Shown piece by piece: positions 16,064 through 28,300 of a stretch of 64,000 nucleotides of DNA (position 1 is the first letter of the stretch; every line of letters begins with the position of its first letter). The position numbers and the translations under genes were made by a program. Source of the stretch: Eledone cirrhosa (Eukaryota); the NCBI GenBank assembly GCA_964016885.1, contig OZ024740.1:369706001-369770000 (forward strand), read 5' to 3'. The notes beneath the pieces were generated by a model. The model saw only the letters and a program-made list of their open reading frames with translations, searched no databases and was not told the DNA's origin.

Positions 16064-16725
16064 TGCGCAATCAATCAAACAGGTAAAACCACCAGTGTAT
16101 GGAATCTATAGCCCATGGAAGGCAGAGTAGACACACAATAATTAAAAATATAAATTAAAGTGTAAATACATACCTCGATAACTATCTAACACACACGTAC
16201 AAATCCAAAAAGATCTATTTCAACAAATAAGTTGTTGACAGAAATGATTGCCCACAGTTCATCAGCGTGTGTAAGGCTATACATTTCAGACAACTCTAAG
16301 AGAATCGAAAGAGAGTCTATGGCTCCGTTAATTTATCGTGGTTACTTCCCTAGGCACGCTGTGAATTCTCTATCCCTCGTGTGGCTGGACGGTCGCTTTA
16401 GATTATATAGAGCGTATATATAGAGAGCCAGTTCTAGTAGTAGCAGCAAGTGCATTGGTAGTAGTTGTGTTTTTTTCACACAGATCAAAAATTATTTTTA
16501 GGGAGAGGGAAATATTCTGTAAATATGTCTGTGTATCTCAACTGTGTAAATGGACTGATCACGAGTTCAAATGGGGTGTCGGAGATGGGAAATGTAAGCT
16601 AGAGACAATTTCTATGGGGGTAAATAGGATTGGCAAATGTAGGGTTGTAAAAAAAATTCTATTTTTGGAATATGGTTTTAGAGAGTATAAGTCTGTACGT
16701 GTGAGAGTGTATATATAAAAATACA

Positions 16726-16805
<80 letters not shown>

Positions 16806-16895
16806 TCAGGCTGTCTCTCATATGTCCCTTTGTGTTAGAAAAATACAAGACATATATACATATATACATATATACATATATATATATACACACAA

Positions 16896-16969
<74 letters not shown>

Positions 16970-17485
16970 GTGTATATGTATATATCTATACATATATGTA
17001 TATATATATATACCTAAATATTTTTATAAATATGGATCTCACCCAAAACGGCATCTAAACATTTATGACAATAATCTATTAAACGTCTGCGACATCGTTT
17101 CAATAAAGATATCAAATCAGAAAGAACAGCTTCTGAAATAGACATTATCGTACAGTAATTCTATATCGGCAGACAATTTCAAAAGCCAAACGTTTAGAAC
17201 TCAGGTATGACAAAAAAAAAAATATATATATATATATACGTTTTAGAAATGGTGATCGAATAGAAGAGCACAGTAGTCCAAGGTCTTTTAATTTAAAATA
17301 TAGATATATTTTTTGTTCTCTGAATATCAACAAATATACATTATATGTTTCTATAGATACATACTTATTCAATTTTACACACAAATACCAGAAAATATTA
17401 TCGAATTATAACCCGAGCTAATCCACATTTGGAATCTATCAGTCTAAATAATTTTCTCAATTTCTGTCATTTCTAGCTAGCCAAT

Positions 17486-17647
17486 CGGTGGATTGGCTGT
17501 ATCGGTAGAGGGTCGGACGCCATGCTGAGTTCAAATCCCGCCGAGGTTAACTTTGCCTTTCATCATTACGGGGTCGATAAATTAATAAAGTACCAGTAAT
17601 GCACTGCGTAATTACTGGCCTTGTGCCAAAAGCAGAAACAATTATTA
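17486..17647 (+). mobile_element. SINE family 1 (internal deletion)
   Basis: A and B boxes, core and ATT tail. Confidence 0.9.
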
Positions 17648-17725
17648 CATAGACAAGTTGTCCTAAATCTACGAACTTAACTTCACACTAATCTGTAATA
17701 TGCAATATGATACTTCTAACATTAA

Positions 17726-17939
17726 CCCTTTAACATTTACATTAGTCTATATTTAGTAATGTATTTTCACGATAGAGTCTTTATCTTGCATAATTATCTC
17801 ACATATTATCGAATCTATGAGATTTTGATACTATCTATTTTGAGAACAATACCTTTCCATCAGTATGGGCGAGCGGTTACATCGTATTTGAACAGAGAGA
17901 GGTGAGAGAATTATGGCCTGATACGGATATTTTAAAGGG
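17726..17939. mobile_element. piggyBac-type MITE
   Basis: TTAA|CCCTTTAACAT ... ATTTTAAAGGG|TTAA: short TIRs and TTAA duplication. Confidence 0.75.
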
Positions 17940-18221
17940 TTAAAGAGATTTACATCCTGTTTATTTTCTTACCATTTTATCCAGTCACATAGCGTATACT
18001 ATCTCCTTTCGTCTATAAATTCATTATTTCTCAACCAATAACCTGTCTTATTTATATACCATCCTCTTTACATTCGTCCTATTACACACATTCTGGAAAT
18101 TTTATTAATTTTCTGAAGATTTGTTGACCTCTAAGGTCTGAGTTATTGCGGGGAATGATTAGAAATAGAAATATCTCTAAACATCCACACACTCACCCAC
18201 GCGCACACACACACACACACA

Positions 18222-18296
<75 letters not shown>

Positions 18297-18360
18297 TAAA
18301 TATATATATATTTAATAAATATTTGGTCTACGGTTCTTATATATTTGATATATATTTATA

Positions 18361-18830
18361 CTCCCCTTCAAGTTTAACTCACTTTCGCTAATTCATTTGC
18401 TGTCCCTACTACGGTGTATCATGTAATCGTAACGTACACGTTTTTCTATCTACTCCACGCTTCAATTTCGTACCTAGTCCAAACATCCAATCTTGCAAAA
18501 TCCGAAATGTAGCGAACGTTTTCCTAGAGCAAATCTGTATATTTTGTTATTTATGTTAAATACGGGAGTTTTTGTCGTATTGAACAGAACAAATCTTGTA
18601 TTTTTGTTTTTTGTTAATCGCTTGTAAAACAATCCTAACCTTCCAGCTAATTCCTTTAATTCCTTAATTCTATCGTATTCTCAAAACAAAACAAAATCCT
18701 TCCCTTCTGCTTCTTATAAATTCCTTTAAATATATTATGCTACTTCGAAAAGTCAAAAATCCCTCTTCTACACCCAGACCCCCTCCCTCTACTTCGCGAG
18801 GGCCTGCGTTCAGCCACCCCAATACCTACA

Positions 18831-18888
<58 letters not shown>

Positions 18889-19272
18889 TCTCTCTCTCTC
18901 TCTCTGTCCCCCTCCCCCTCTCTCTCTCTTAGCTACACATATATATATATAAGATAAAAACTCCCCTTCAAGTTTAACTCACTTTCGCCAATTCATTTGC
19001 TGTCCCTACTACGGTGTATCATGTAATCGAAACGTACACATTTTTTCTATCTACCCCACGCTTCAATTTCGTACCTAGTCCAAACATCCAATCTTGCAAA
19101 ATCCGAAATATCCAAGCTTGCAAAATCCGAAATGTAGCGAACGTTTTCCTAGAGCAAATCTGTATTTTTTGTTATTTATGTTAAATACCGGAGTTTTGTC
19201 GTATTGAACAGAACAAATCTTGTATTTTTGTTTTTTGTTAATCGCTTGTTAAACAATCCTAACCTCCAAGCT
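18361..19272 (+). repeat. About 290-bp direct repeat (18361-18650 and 18961-19272) upstream of the RTE ORF
   Basis: ctccccttcaagtttaactc..aacaatcctaacc repeated with a 600-bp offset; the second copy has an internal ~22-bp duplication. Confidence 0.92.
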
Positions 19273-22200
19273 AGCTACCCAACACCCGTCCCCACACACC
19301 ACCATTGTTATTACGTGTACCAATCATAAGCCAGAGCCCCCCCCCCACAGCACCATTGTTATTACGCGGACCAATCATAAGCCAGAGGCCTATACTATCG
19401 CTTGCCCGGTTGCCTTTCGATATATGATGGATGGATGGATGGACTGCGGAATCCTGGAGAGTGGAAGAGAGAGAAAAATCTGGACGCTCAGCGAAAATGC
19501 CAAAGTTAAAGATAAATTCACCTCGTGGACGAGAATGCGAGCACTCCTCTTTGTTTCGACCGCGGACGGCTAACATAACCCCATCTCCCCCCGGCCCCCA
19601 CCGCCCCCACCCTCCAAACGCAATCCAAAACTTCAGAGTTGGTACCGTAAATGTAGGCACCCTAAAGGGTCGTGCTAACGAGGTTGTAGAAATGCTTGAA
19701 CGTAAGGAGGTCGATGTTTGTTGTATTCAAGAGACCACGTGGAGGGGTGGGTCTGCTAGATTCATTGAGGGTAAAAAACGATGTTATAAGCTTTTCTGGG
19801 TGGGAAACGACGATGGGCTGGGTGGAGTAGGAATCATGGTAGCGGAAAAGTGGGCAGATGAGATAATAGACGTAAATAGAGTGAACCACAGAATAATTAA
19901 AATACGACTTGTCCTCAATAGAACTACGGTGACAGTAATATCTGCGTACGCACCCCAATCCGGACTGCCCGGCACTATAAAAGACAGATTCTACGAGACA
20001 CTGATGCTCACTACCTCCCAAATATCCGACAGTGACTATATAATTATTGCAGGCGACGTAAATGGTCACGTTGGACAACATTGTGACGGCTACGACGAAA
20101 TCCATGGAGGCTATGGGTTTGGTACTAGAAATGAGGAAGGCTCCAGAATCCTGGACTTCTGTGACGCAAATAACCTAACTATCTGTAACACTAACTTCAA
20201 AAAACGTGACAATCACCTGATCACCTATAGATCCGGGGAACACACAAGCCAGGTAGATTATATCCTTACCAGAAGACGTAACAGAGTGTCTGTTGTAAAC
20301 ACTAAATCTCTCCCCCCATGAAGAATGCACCTCCCAACATAGACTGATAATTAGCGACCTCATAGTCAGGACGAGACGTACTCGACAGCAGAAGAGGACT
20401 ATCCTCAGGAGAAAAGTATGGAAGCTAAAGGACCCCACAGCCAGAAATAAATTTCAAAGCATATTACTTGATGCTTTCTACAGTAAGGAAGAGCATTTAG
20501 AGTCGGACAATATAGAGGGACAGTGGGAATTTCTGAAAGCAAACCTGCTGATGGCGACAGACGAAGTCTGTGGCTGGAGCAGGCCTGTAGGCAGGAGGAG
20601 AGTAACATGGTGGTGGAACAGTAAGGTGGAGGGGTCAATTGAGGCCAAAAAGCAGGCTTGGAAAGTATGGCGGGATGGGGGAAGTAGAGAAGACTATCAA
20701 GTGGCCAGGAGGGAAGCTAGGAGACACGTGTACTTAGCAAGAAGGGAAGCAGAGGAAAGAAAGTTCAAGCATATTCTACAACGCGAGGACCAAAAACGTG
20801 AGGTGTTCAGGATTGCTAGGCAATGTGTCAAGGAAAACCGTGATATTGTCGGGGAGAAGTGTGTACTTAACGATGACGGCGTACTTGCCATCAGCGACGC
20901 TGATAAGAAGGTAGCTTGGAAGTGTCACTATGAAAGGCTACTAAATGAGGAGAATAAATGGGAGAAAGACAGTCTCCCCCATATCGACCCAATAGAGGGA
21001 CCAGCAGTGTTAGTCGAGGGGAGTATAATAAGTAAGGCAATCAAGCATATGAAGATGGGTAAGGCGGCTGGGCCTTCGGAAATAGTTGCTGAGATCCTGA
21101 AGGCATCTGGCACGGTGGGACACACCATGGTCACCCGCATAGTTAACCAAGTCGTACAGAATGGGGTTGTTCCGAAGGACTGGCATAGCAGCATCATCGT
21201 TAACTGTTATAAGGGTAAAGGAGATGCCCTAGATAGGAGTAACTATAGAGGCATTAAATTAATCGACCAGGTCATGAAGGTCACGGAAAAAGTAATAGCG
21301 CAACTAATCAGAGAGAGAATTGACCTAGATGAAATGCAGTTCGGGTTTGTGTCAGGCAAAAGTACCACAGACGCTCTTTTCATTGTACGACAACTACAGG
21401 AGAAGTACCTAGCTAAAGGTAAACCCCTCTACTTAGCTTTTGTCTACTTGGAGAAAGCCTTCGACAGAGTCCCCCGCTCCATTATCTGGTGGGCTCTTAG
21501 AAAACTAGGCGTTGACGAATGGCTTGTGAGAGCTATACAAGCCATGTATAAAGAAACAGTCAGCAAGGTTAGAATTAACATTGAATATAGTGAAGAGTTT
21601 AGCGTAAAAGTTGGCGTCCATCAGGGCTCTGTTCTCAGCCCCCTACTATTTATTATTGCCCTTCAGGCTATAACAGAGGAGTTCAAGACCGGCTGCCCAT
21701 GGGAACTCCTATACGCAGACGACCTGACACTCATAGCTTAATCAATGGCCGAGCTAGAGAAGAAATTCCAAACATGGAAGCACGACCTAGAATCAAAAGG
21801 ACTTAAAATTAACCTGGCTAAGACTAAAGTTCTAGTTTGTAGGAAAGAAAATAAGGCGGCGGTCCCTTCTGGGAAATGGTCATGCTCAGTGTGTAGGAAA
21901 GGCGTAGGTAGAAACTCCATTGTATGTCCTAAATGCAAAGTATGGGTGCATAAAAGATGTAGTGGGATCACAGGTAAGCTAACTAAGAACATAGATTTTA
22001 CATGTGGCCGGTGCTCTGGTGCAATAAGTAGCAGCAAGTGCCCAAGAAATACTAGCTCTTTCAATTGCGCAGAGGGTTCTATAGAAATAGTGGACAGCTT
22101 CCGTTACCTGGGCGATAAAATCAGCAGTGGGGGAGGGTGCTCTGAAAGTACAGTAGCTAGAGTCAGAACTGGTTGGAAAAAGTTCAGAGAGCTTATACCA

Positions 22201-23052
22201 CTATTAGCTGCTAAAGGGTTCTCCCTAAAAATGAAAGGCAGGTTGTACGATGCCTGCATACGAACAGCAATGTTGCATGGCAGTGAGACCTGGGCATTGT
22301 GTGCAGAGGATATACGCAGACTAGAGAGGAACGAAGCTTGCATGCTCCGCTGGATGTGTAACAGTAATATACGTGAACGGCAAAGCATAAGCGAACTAAG
22401 GAAAAAATTAGAAATAAGAGGGATCAGATGTTGTTTACTCGAGAGAAGGCTACGTTGGTATGGACACGTGATGCGCATGAAAGTCGATAGCTGTATAACA
22501 AAGTGCAGGGCAATAAAGATAGACGGTAGCCACGGAATAGGCAGACCTAGAAAAACCTGGGACGAGCTGATAAACTCCGACCTCACACACTTACACCTCT
22601 CCAAGACAATGTCACTGGACCGAGACCTTTGGCGGTACTCAGTAACAGAGAAGACCCGCCTTACCTAAATACATAGTAAAACCTACTACAGCCAGTAGGC
22701 ATCTCTAACAAAATACACCCCGTCCCACCACCACCACCCCCACCCCGTTCTATGTAAAGTTATGTTGGTGCCGCGCTATCCAGGCCGAAACAAATGAGAT
22801 CGTGTAGGTGTCACGACAAAGAAAACACACAGTCCACGCTGTAATGTGGCCGTGTAGGCAACACGGTAAAAACCTCCCAGACCCACACTATAAATGTGGT
22901 TGGTGTTAGGAAGGGTATCCAACTGTAGAAAACCTGCCAGACAGTCCTATGCGAGCAAGACAATCACTCTTGCCTCAAGTGGGACTACCCCCGTCCAAAC
23001 CCATGCAAGCGTGGAACACGGACGTTAAACGTTGATGATGATGATGATGATG
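19273..23052 (+). mobile_element. Near full-length RTE-clade LINE
   Basis: Single EN-RT frame, structured 3' UTR and GTTAAACGTT(GAT)n tail at 23023-23052; 5' boundary uncertain. Confidence 0.95.
19431..22668 (+). pseudogene. RTE ORF: AP endonuclease + reverse transcriptase with inserted PHD finger; one frameshift and one nonsense codon
   Basis: EN motifs GTVNVGTL, IQET, SAYAPQ, GDVNGH, QVDYIL; RT motifs NYRGIKL, QFGF, EKAFDRV, HQGSVLSP, YADD, FRYLG. Extra C in the C-run at about 20312-20317; TAA at 21739. Confidence 0.95.
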
Positions 23053-23100
23053 CTTCATCGAGCCCTCTTTGGATTTTGGTCTTCAAATTTATTATTATAT

Positions 23101-23146
<46 letters not shown>

Positions 23147-23348
23147 ATAATATTATATATATATATATTTATATATATATATATAAATATATATGTGTGT
23201 GGATGTTTAGAGATATTTATATTTCTAATATATATATAATTGGCTGTAGCGCTATGGAAGCGTTTATGCATTTCAGAGGTGCATATGAAAATATATATAC
23301 AAATATATAGCACGTTTATATAAAATAAACATATTGAACAAAAAATAT

Positions 23349-23500
23349 AATAATTGTTTCTACTTTTGGCACAAGGCTAGCAAATACCCAGTGCATTACT
23401 GGTACTTTATTTTATCGACCCCGTAAGTATGAAAGGCAAAGTTAACCTCGGCGGGATTTGAACTCAGAATGGCAAGGACCGTAACTCTATACGTCAAAAC
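23349..23500 (-). mobile_element. SINE family 1 (5' truncated)
   Basis: Reverse-complement core and tail. Confidence 0.9.
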
Positions 23501-23644
23501 ATAATAGAGGCGTCCCATATTTTTAGTGTCTATAATGGTATTATATATGTTTATATACTTTTTAATACACGCCTCTATTATGCTTCAATCCTGTCATTGT
23601 GCTGTCGCCAATTAAATATGAACAGCCAAATTCAGAATATAGGT

Positions 23645-23794
23645 AAATGGGGAATTGTTTCGATTGTTCTATTATTATGTCCTCTGTTTTTTTGTTTTTT
23701 TACAGGGAGAAATGCCCTTTTGTACCGTCCTGTATTGTCGTGTACTGCCCTTAATGTCTACTTTGTATAAACCCTTGTGGTTAATAAAGAAAGC
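23645..23794 (+). mobile_element. Tx1-like LINE 3' UTR ending in (ATT)n
   Basis: GGGGAATT, GTACCGTCCTGT and CCCTTGTGG..AATAAAGAAA.CATTATT are shared with 43557-43745. Confidence 0.7.
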
Positions 23795-23809
23795 ATTATT
23801 ATTATTATT

Positions 23810-25055
23810 GTTCTTTGAGTCTCAGTCATTGATGTTAGTTAAGTGGAAAGTTTGTTGAAATGAATATCAAGTCACTACCTGCAGCCTCAGATATTCAGGA
23901 TGTATCGGAGGGATCTTGCTGTTCCCAGCAAGCATGCCTTTTGAAGTGTTCCAAAAAGCGGGGCGGAGCCAAGTTTCTTTAACGATCCCTGGAAACTTTT
24001 TGAGATAGTACCTAGTGCGCCTATGACAATTCGGACCACTTTGACTTCATGGCAGTTCCAAATCCTTTTTACATCCCATTTTAAGTCCTGGTATCGGTTA
24101 ATTTTCTCCCTCTCCTTCTCTCTTGCACTCTCGTATCGAATGGGCAGGCCACGTCCACAATGAGGCACGATCTTTTTTCCTTGTCCAAACCACCAGGTCA
24201 GGTCTATTGAGTTCCAGTTTCTTGTCCGTCTGTATCCTATAATCCCACAGCACCTTCAACTGATCGTTTTCTATCACTGACTCTGGCTTATGCTCATACC
24301 ATTTCTCAGAATGTGGTAAATTGTTTACTTTGCATAGGTGCCAGTGGATCACCTTGCCCATCACATCATGTCACCACCCTTTATAGTAAGTCTGGGCTAG
24401 GTGTTTACACTCGGATACAATGTGAGCCACAGTCTCCTCTCTCTCTCCACAGATCCTACACAGTGGGCTAGCCTCCTCCTTGTAAATATGGTGTTTCAGC
24501 CACACTTCCTATTGACGGCCTGCACTTGTGCAGCCATTAGCATTCCTTCTGTAGCCTTTTTAAGGTCTCCCCTTCTCAACCAGTTCCATGTCTGTGGATC
24601 TCTGAATTCCATTTTCTCAAAGAAGGTACTATGACGGGATATTTCATGAATGTTGCTCTTTCTCCTTGTTGTTATTTCATCCTTAGAATCCCCTGGCTTA
24701 TTGTCCTCTCCTTCGGTACAATTCTGAGCATTGGCTCCTTACTATCGGTCACGTATTTGTGTAGGTTATTTTTCTCCATCTGAACACAGTCCTCTATGCT
24801 GATAAGACCTCTACCAGCTTCAGATCTCTTTAAGTAGCGTCTATCGACAACACTCCTATTGTGGAGCATGTTGTAGATAGTCAATAGCTTCCTAGTCTTC
24901 CTATCCATTTCTTTTTGTTCAGCAATATTCCATCTCAGAATTCCCGCACTGTACCTAATAATAGACACAGCTCGGGAATTTACTGCACTTATGGCATCCT
25001 ACTGTTCAGATGTGACTTTAATATGCTCCTTACTCTCCGAATGTATTCAGATCTT
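23810..25055 (-). mobile_element. R4/Dong-like RLE LINE family A, 5'-truncated and frameshifted
   Basis: GRGL, CCHC region, [28 protein letters not shown]; (ATT)n on both sides. Confidence 0.92.
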
Positions 25056-25071
25056 TATTATTATTATTATT

Positions 25072-25147
25072 AAATAAAGCACCAGTAATATACTGGGTAA
25101 TTGCTGGCCTTTTGCCAAAAGTAGAAACAATTATTTTTATTATTATT
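25072..25147 (+). mobile_element. SINE family 1 tail fragment
   Basis: ACCAGTAATATACTGGGTAATTGCTGGCCTTTTGCCAAAAGTAGAAACAATTATT. Confidence 0.85.
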
Positions 25148-25303
25148 ACAGTTGCAGCCTCAGATATTTAGGGCGTGCCGGAGGATTCTTGCTGTTCCCA
25201 ACAAGCATGCCTTTTGAAGCGTTCCAAAAAGCGTGGCGGGGCCAATTTTCGTTAACCATCCCTGGAAACATTTTGAGATAGTACATAGTGCGCGTATGAC
25301 AAA
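25148..25303 (-). mobile_element. Short family A 3' fragment carrying a family B terminus
   Basis: acagttgca (B end, compare 25321) joined to gcctcagatatt (A) through shared TGCA. Confidence 0.75.
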
Positions 25304-25320
25304 TTATTATTATTATTATT

Positions 25321-28300
25321 ACAGTTGCATTTATCTTGCTTTATGTTCATACGAGTTATCACCAAGTCACAACCAGTGACCTCAAGAGACAACAAGGTCC
25401 GCCATGTTCAAGAAAGAACATACATACTCACACATGCATCTTTAGTGTTTACACTTGTGATCTACTTATATTGACAGAATCTTCCTTAGTATATGGGCAG
25501 TTCCCATTAGCACTATCTTTTGTATTTCTCCTATACGTGGATTTCCTGGGATTTGCGATAAGTAGTCATTAGACCCCTTAGGTATCATTTCCAGAGCGCC
25601 TACAACCACTGGTATTGTTTTAGTTCTCAATTTCCACATTTTTCCAATTTCTATCTCCAGGTCCTTATACTTGCTCAAATTTTCAAATGTTTTTATAAAT
25701 ACATTCTTGTCTATTGGAACGGACATATCAATTAGCAGTCATACCCTCTTTTTAAATTCCTTCAATATTATATCAGGTCTATTTGCACCTATTTTTCGGT
25801 CTGTTTGGATGCTAAACTTCCACAAGATTGAGATGTGATCTTTTTCAAGTATGGGAGGTGGTTGATGCTCCCACCAATACTTTTGATGGGGCAGGTCAAA
25901 ATGCTTACACATTATCCAATGTATGTATTGTGCAGCTCTGTCATGCCTGTTTAGGTAATCGGTTGGAGCTATAGGACTGCACATTGAAATTATATGGTCA
26001 ATGGTCTCTGGTTGTTTTTTGCATACAAGGCATAATGGGCTGCATCCATTTTTTATTATGTTGGCTTTGTAATTTTTTGTTGGCAGACACTGATCTTGTG
26101 CTGATATAATCAGTCCTTCAGTCTCGGATTTCAGTTCAGAGGATGCCAACCACTGATGGGTTAAAGTTTTGTCAACATCAGGATTGTTAGCTCGTTCTGG
26201 GTATTTTCCATACAGAGGCTTTTCTTGCCATTTCTTAGCCAGTTTCTTTGCAGTTCTTTCTCTTCAGTTACTTTTACTTGCTTTGCTTTTTCTGTGTTTT
26301 CCATTTCAGCAGTAAATGGGACTTCTGAAATTTGTAGTTCATTACTGTATCTTTGTGCATCTTTTGTAATGGAATATGATCTTTTGATGCTTTCGTGTTT
26401 CAAAACGAGTTTGATCATCCAATCATGTGATTCCCTTAGATATGTAGATAATCCAATTGTTGCAGTTTTCAACGCAATGTCTAACTGGATTAACGCACGT
26501 CCTCCTTCTTTCCTAGGGAGATATATTCTATCTGTATCTGCCTTAGGGTGATGCATTCTGTGCATGGTTAAGAATTTTCGAATGTTTGTATCGAGCCTAC
26601 GGATCTCTGTGCTTGACCAGTTGATGACATTATAACTGTAGGTTACTACTGGTAGAGCAAGCGTGTTTATGGCATCGATCCTATTCCTTGCATTCAATTC
26701 CGTTCTTAAGATTGCTCTTACTCTGCAGTAACATTCATTCCTTATCCTTTCCCTCATTGTCGAGTGCTTGATTCCGTCTCTTTCACAAACACCTAGATAT
26801 TTGTAAGTTTTTTCTTGATCAAGTTCTCTTATCACGTTCCCCCGAACAAGATTAATGTCTGGACTCTTCAGCAGCTTTACTCTGGTGAACGTTGCTTTGG
26901 CGCATTTATCTAGTCCAAACTCCATTTTAATCCCATCACTGAACTGCTCCACAGTGGATAAAAGCCCTTGCAATTGTTCATCTTTTTTTGCAAATAGTTT
27001 CAGGTCATCCATGTAGAACAAGTGATTAGTGGTTTTGTCATAGACTTTATATCCATGTTTTGTTTCATTGAGCATTTTACTTAATGGTATAAGTGCGATG
27101 CAGAATAAAAGCTGAACAATTCCACAATTAATATTAACTTCTCCAGCTTCCAGGGATTTTGTTTCACTATTCAAAAGGAGTGTCGTTTTCCATGTCTTCA
27201 TACTGAATGACAAAAACCTCCTGACAACGGGGGATATTTTGAAAATCTCTAAACATTTTTCAATCCAACTGTGTGGCAAACTATCGAATGCTTTTTTATA
27301 ATCTATCCAAGCAATCGATAGATTTTGTGCCTATTATGACAATCTTTCAGTATCATTTTATTAACCAAAAGCTGATCCTTACAGCCATATGAGACTCGTT
27401 TACACACTTTCTGCTCAATGGGAAATAGGTCATTTGTTATCAGGTGGTCATATGTATATGCAGTTAGGACTGATGTTAAAATGTTTTACATTGTGGTCAA
27501 GCAAATTATCGGTCTGTAATTTTTGGGATTGTTTGTCTCATCATTCTTCGGAAGCAGGAATGTAATGCCGTTAACTAGCCATGATGGTATCTTTTCTGGC
27601 TCCTTAACTATTTCATTGTAAAGTTGGGCTAACAGCTCATGAGACTCTGTGAAGGTATTTATGCCAAAATTTTGTATTTTGTCTTTTCCTGGGGATTTCC
27701 ATTTGCTGGTTATTCTAAGAGCCAAGCGCAACTGTTCAACTGTTATATTTTCCCATATTTGTTCCTCAAGGTGAGCTGTATCTTTCATTTGTCTGTCTGT
27801 CCATGGGGCATGTATGTTATGAACTTTTTCTTCGGACCGGATCTTTTCCCAGAATTCTTGCTCTTCCTTCTTGGGTGGTATTGATTTAGCAGTTATTGTT
27901 GACTTACCAATTTTTCTGTAGAAGTTTCTTTGGTTGTTTTTGAATATATTATTGTCCTTATAGAATCTAGATCGTTTTTCAAAGCGCCTTATACGAGCAG
28001 CTTTGGCCGACACTTTTTGCTTGATTATTTCTATCAGCATGTCTCTGTCACTTGTTTATTTTATACTGTACTTTCTTTTCAATTTTCTAAGTTTAGTTTG
28101 TTTAACATGTTCACCTACTTTATAGTTTGTTAAAATTTCTATGTCAGAACGGAGAAGGTTTATTTGGCGATTGATGTTCTCTTGCCAAGCAGATTTCATG
28201 TGGGAATTCCTTTGTTTTTTCATCTTCACTCCACATGAGTGGTGACTTTAGCCGATGCATAATAGAGATGATTTAAATCAGTAATGTTTAGTTTGTTTGT

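Noticed and set aside
16728-16957. (GT)n and (CA)n tracts in inverted arrangement
   Set aside because: Expected by chance at this microsatellite density; no unique-sequence arms.
20310-20321. Programmed frameshift or read-through in the RTE ORF
   Set aside because: RTE elements encode EN-RT in one frame; a homopolymer indel plus other inactivating changes is simpler.
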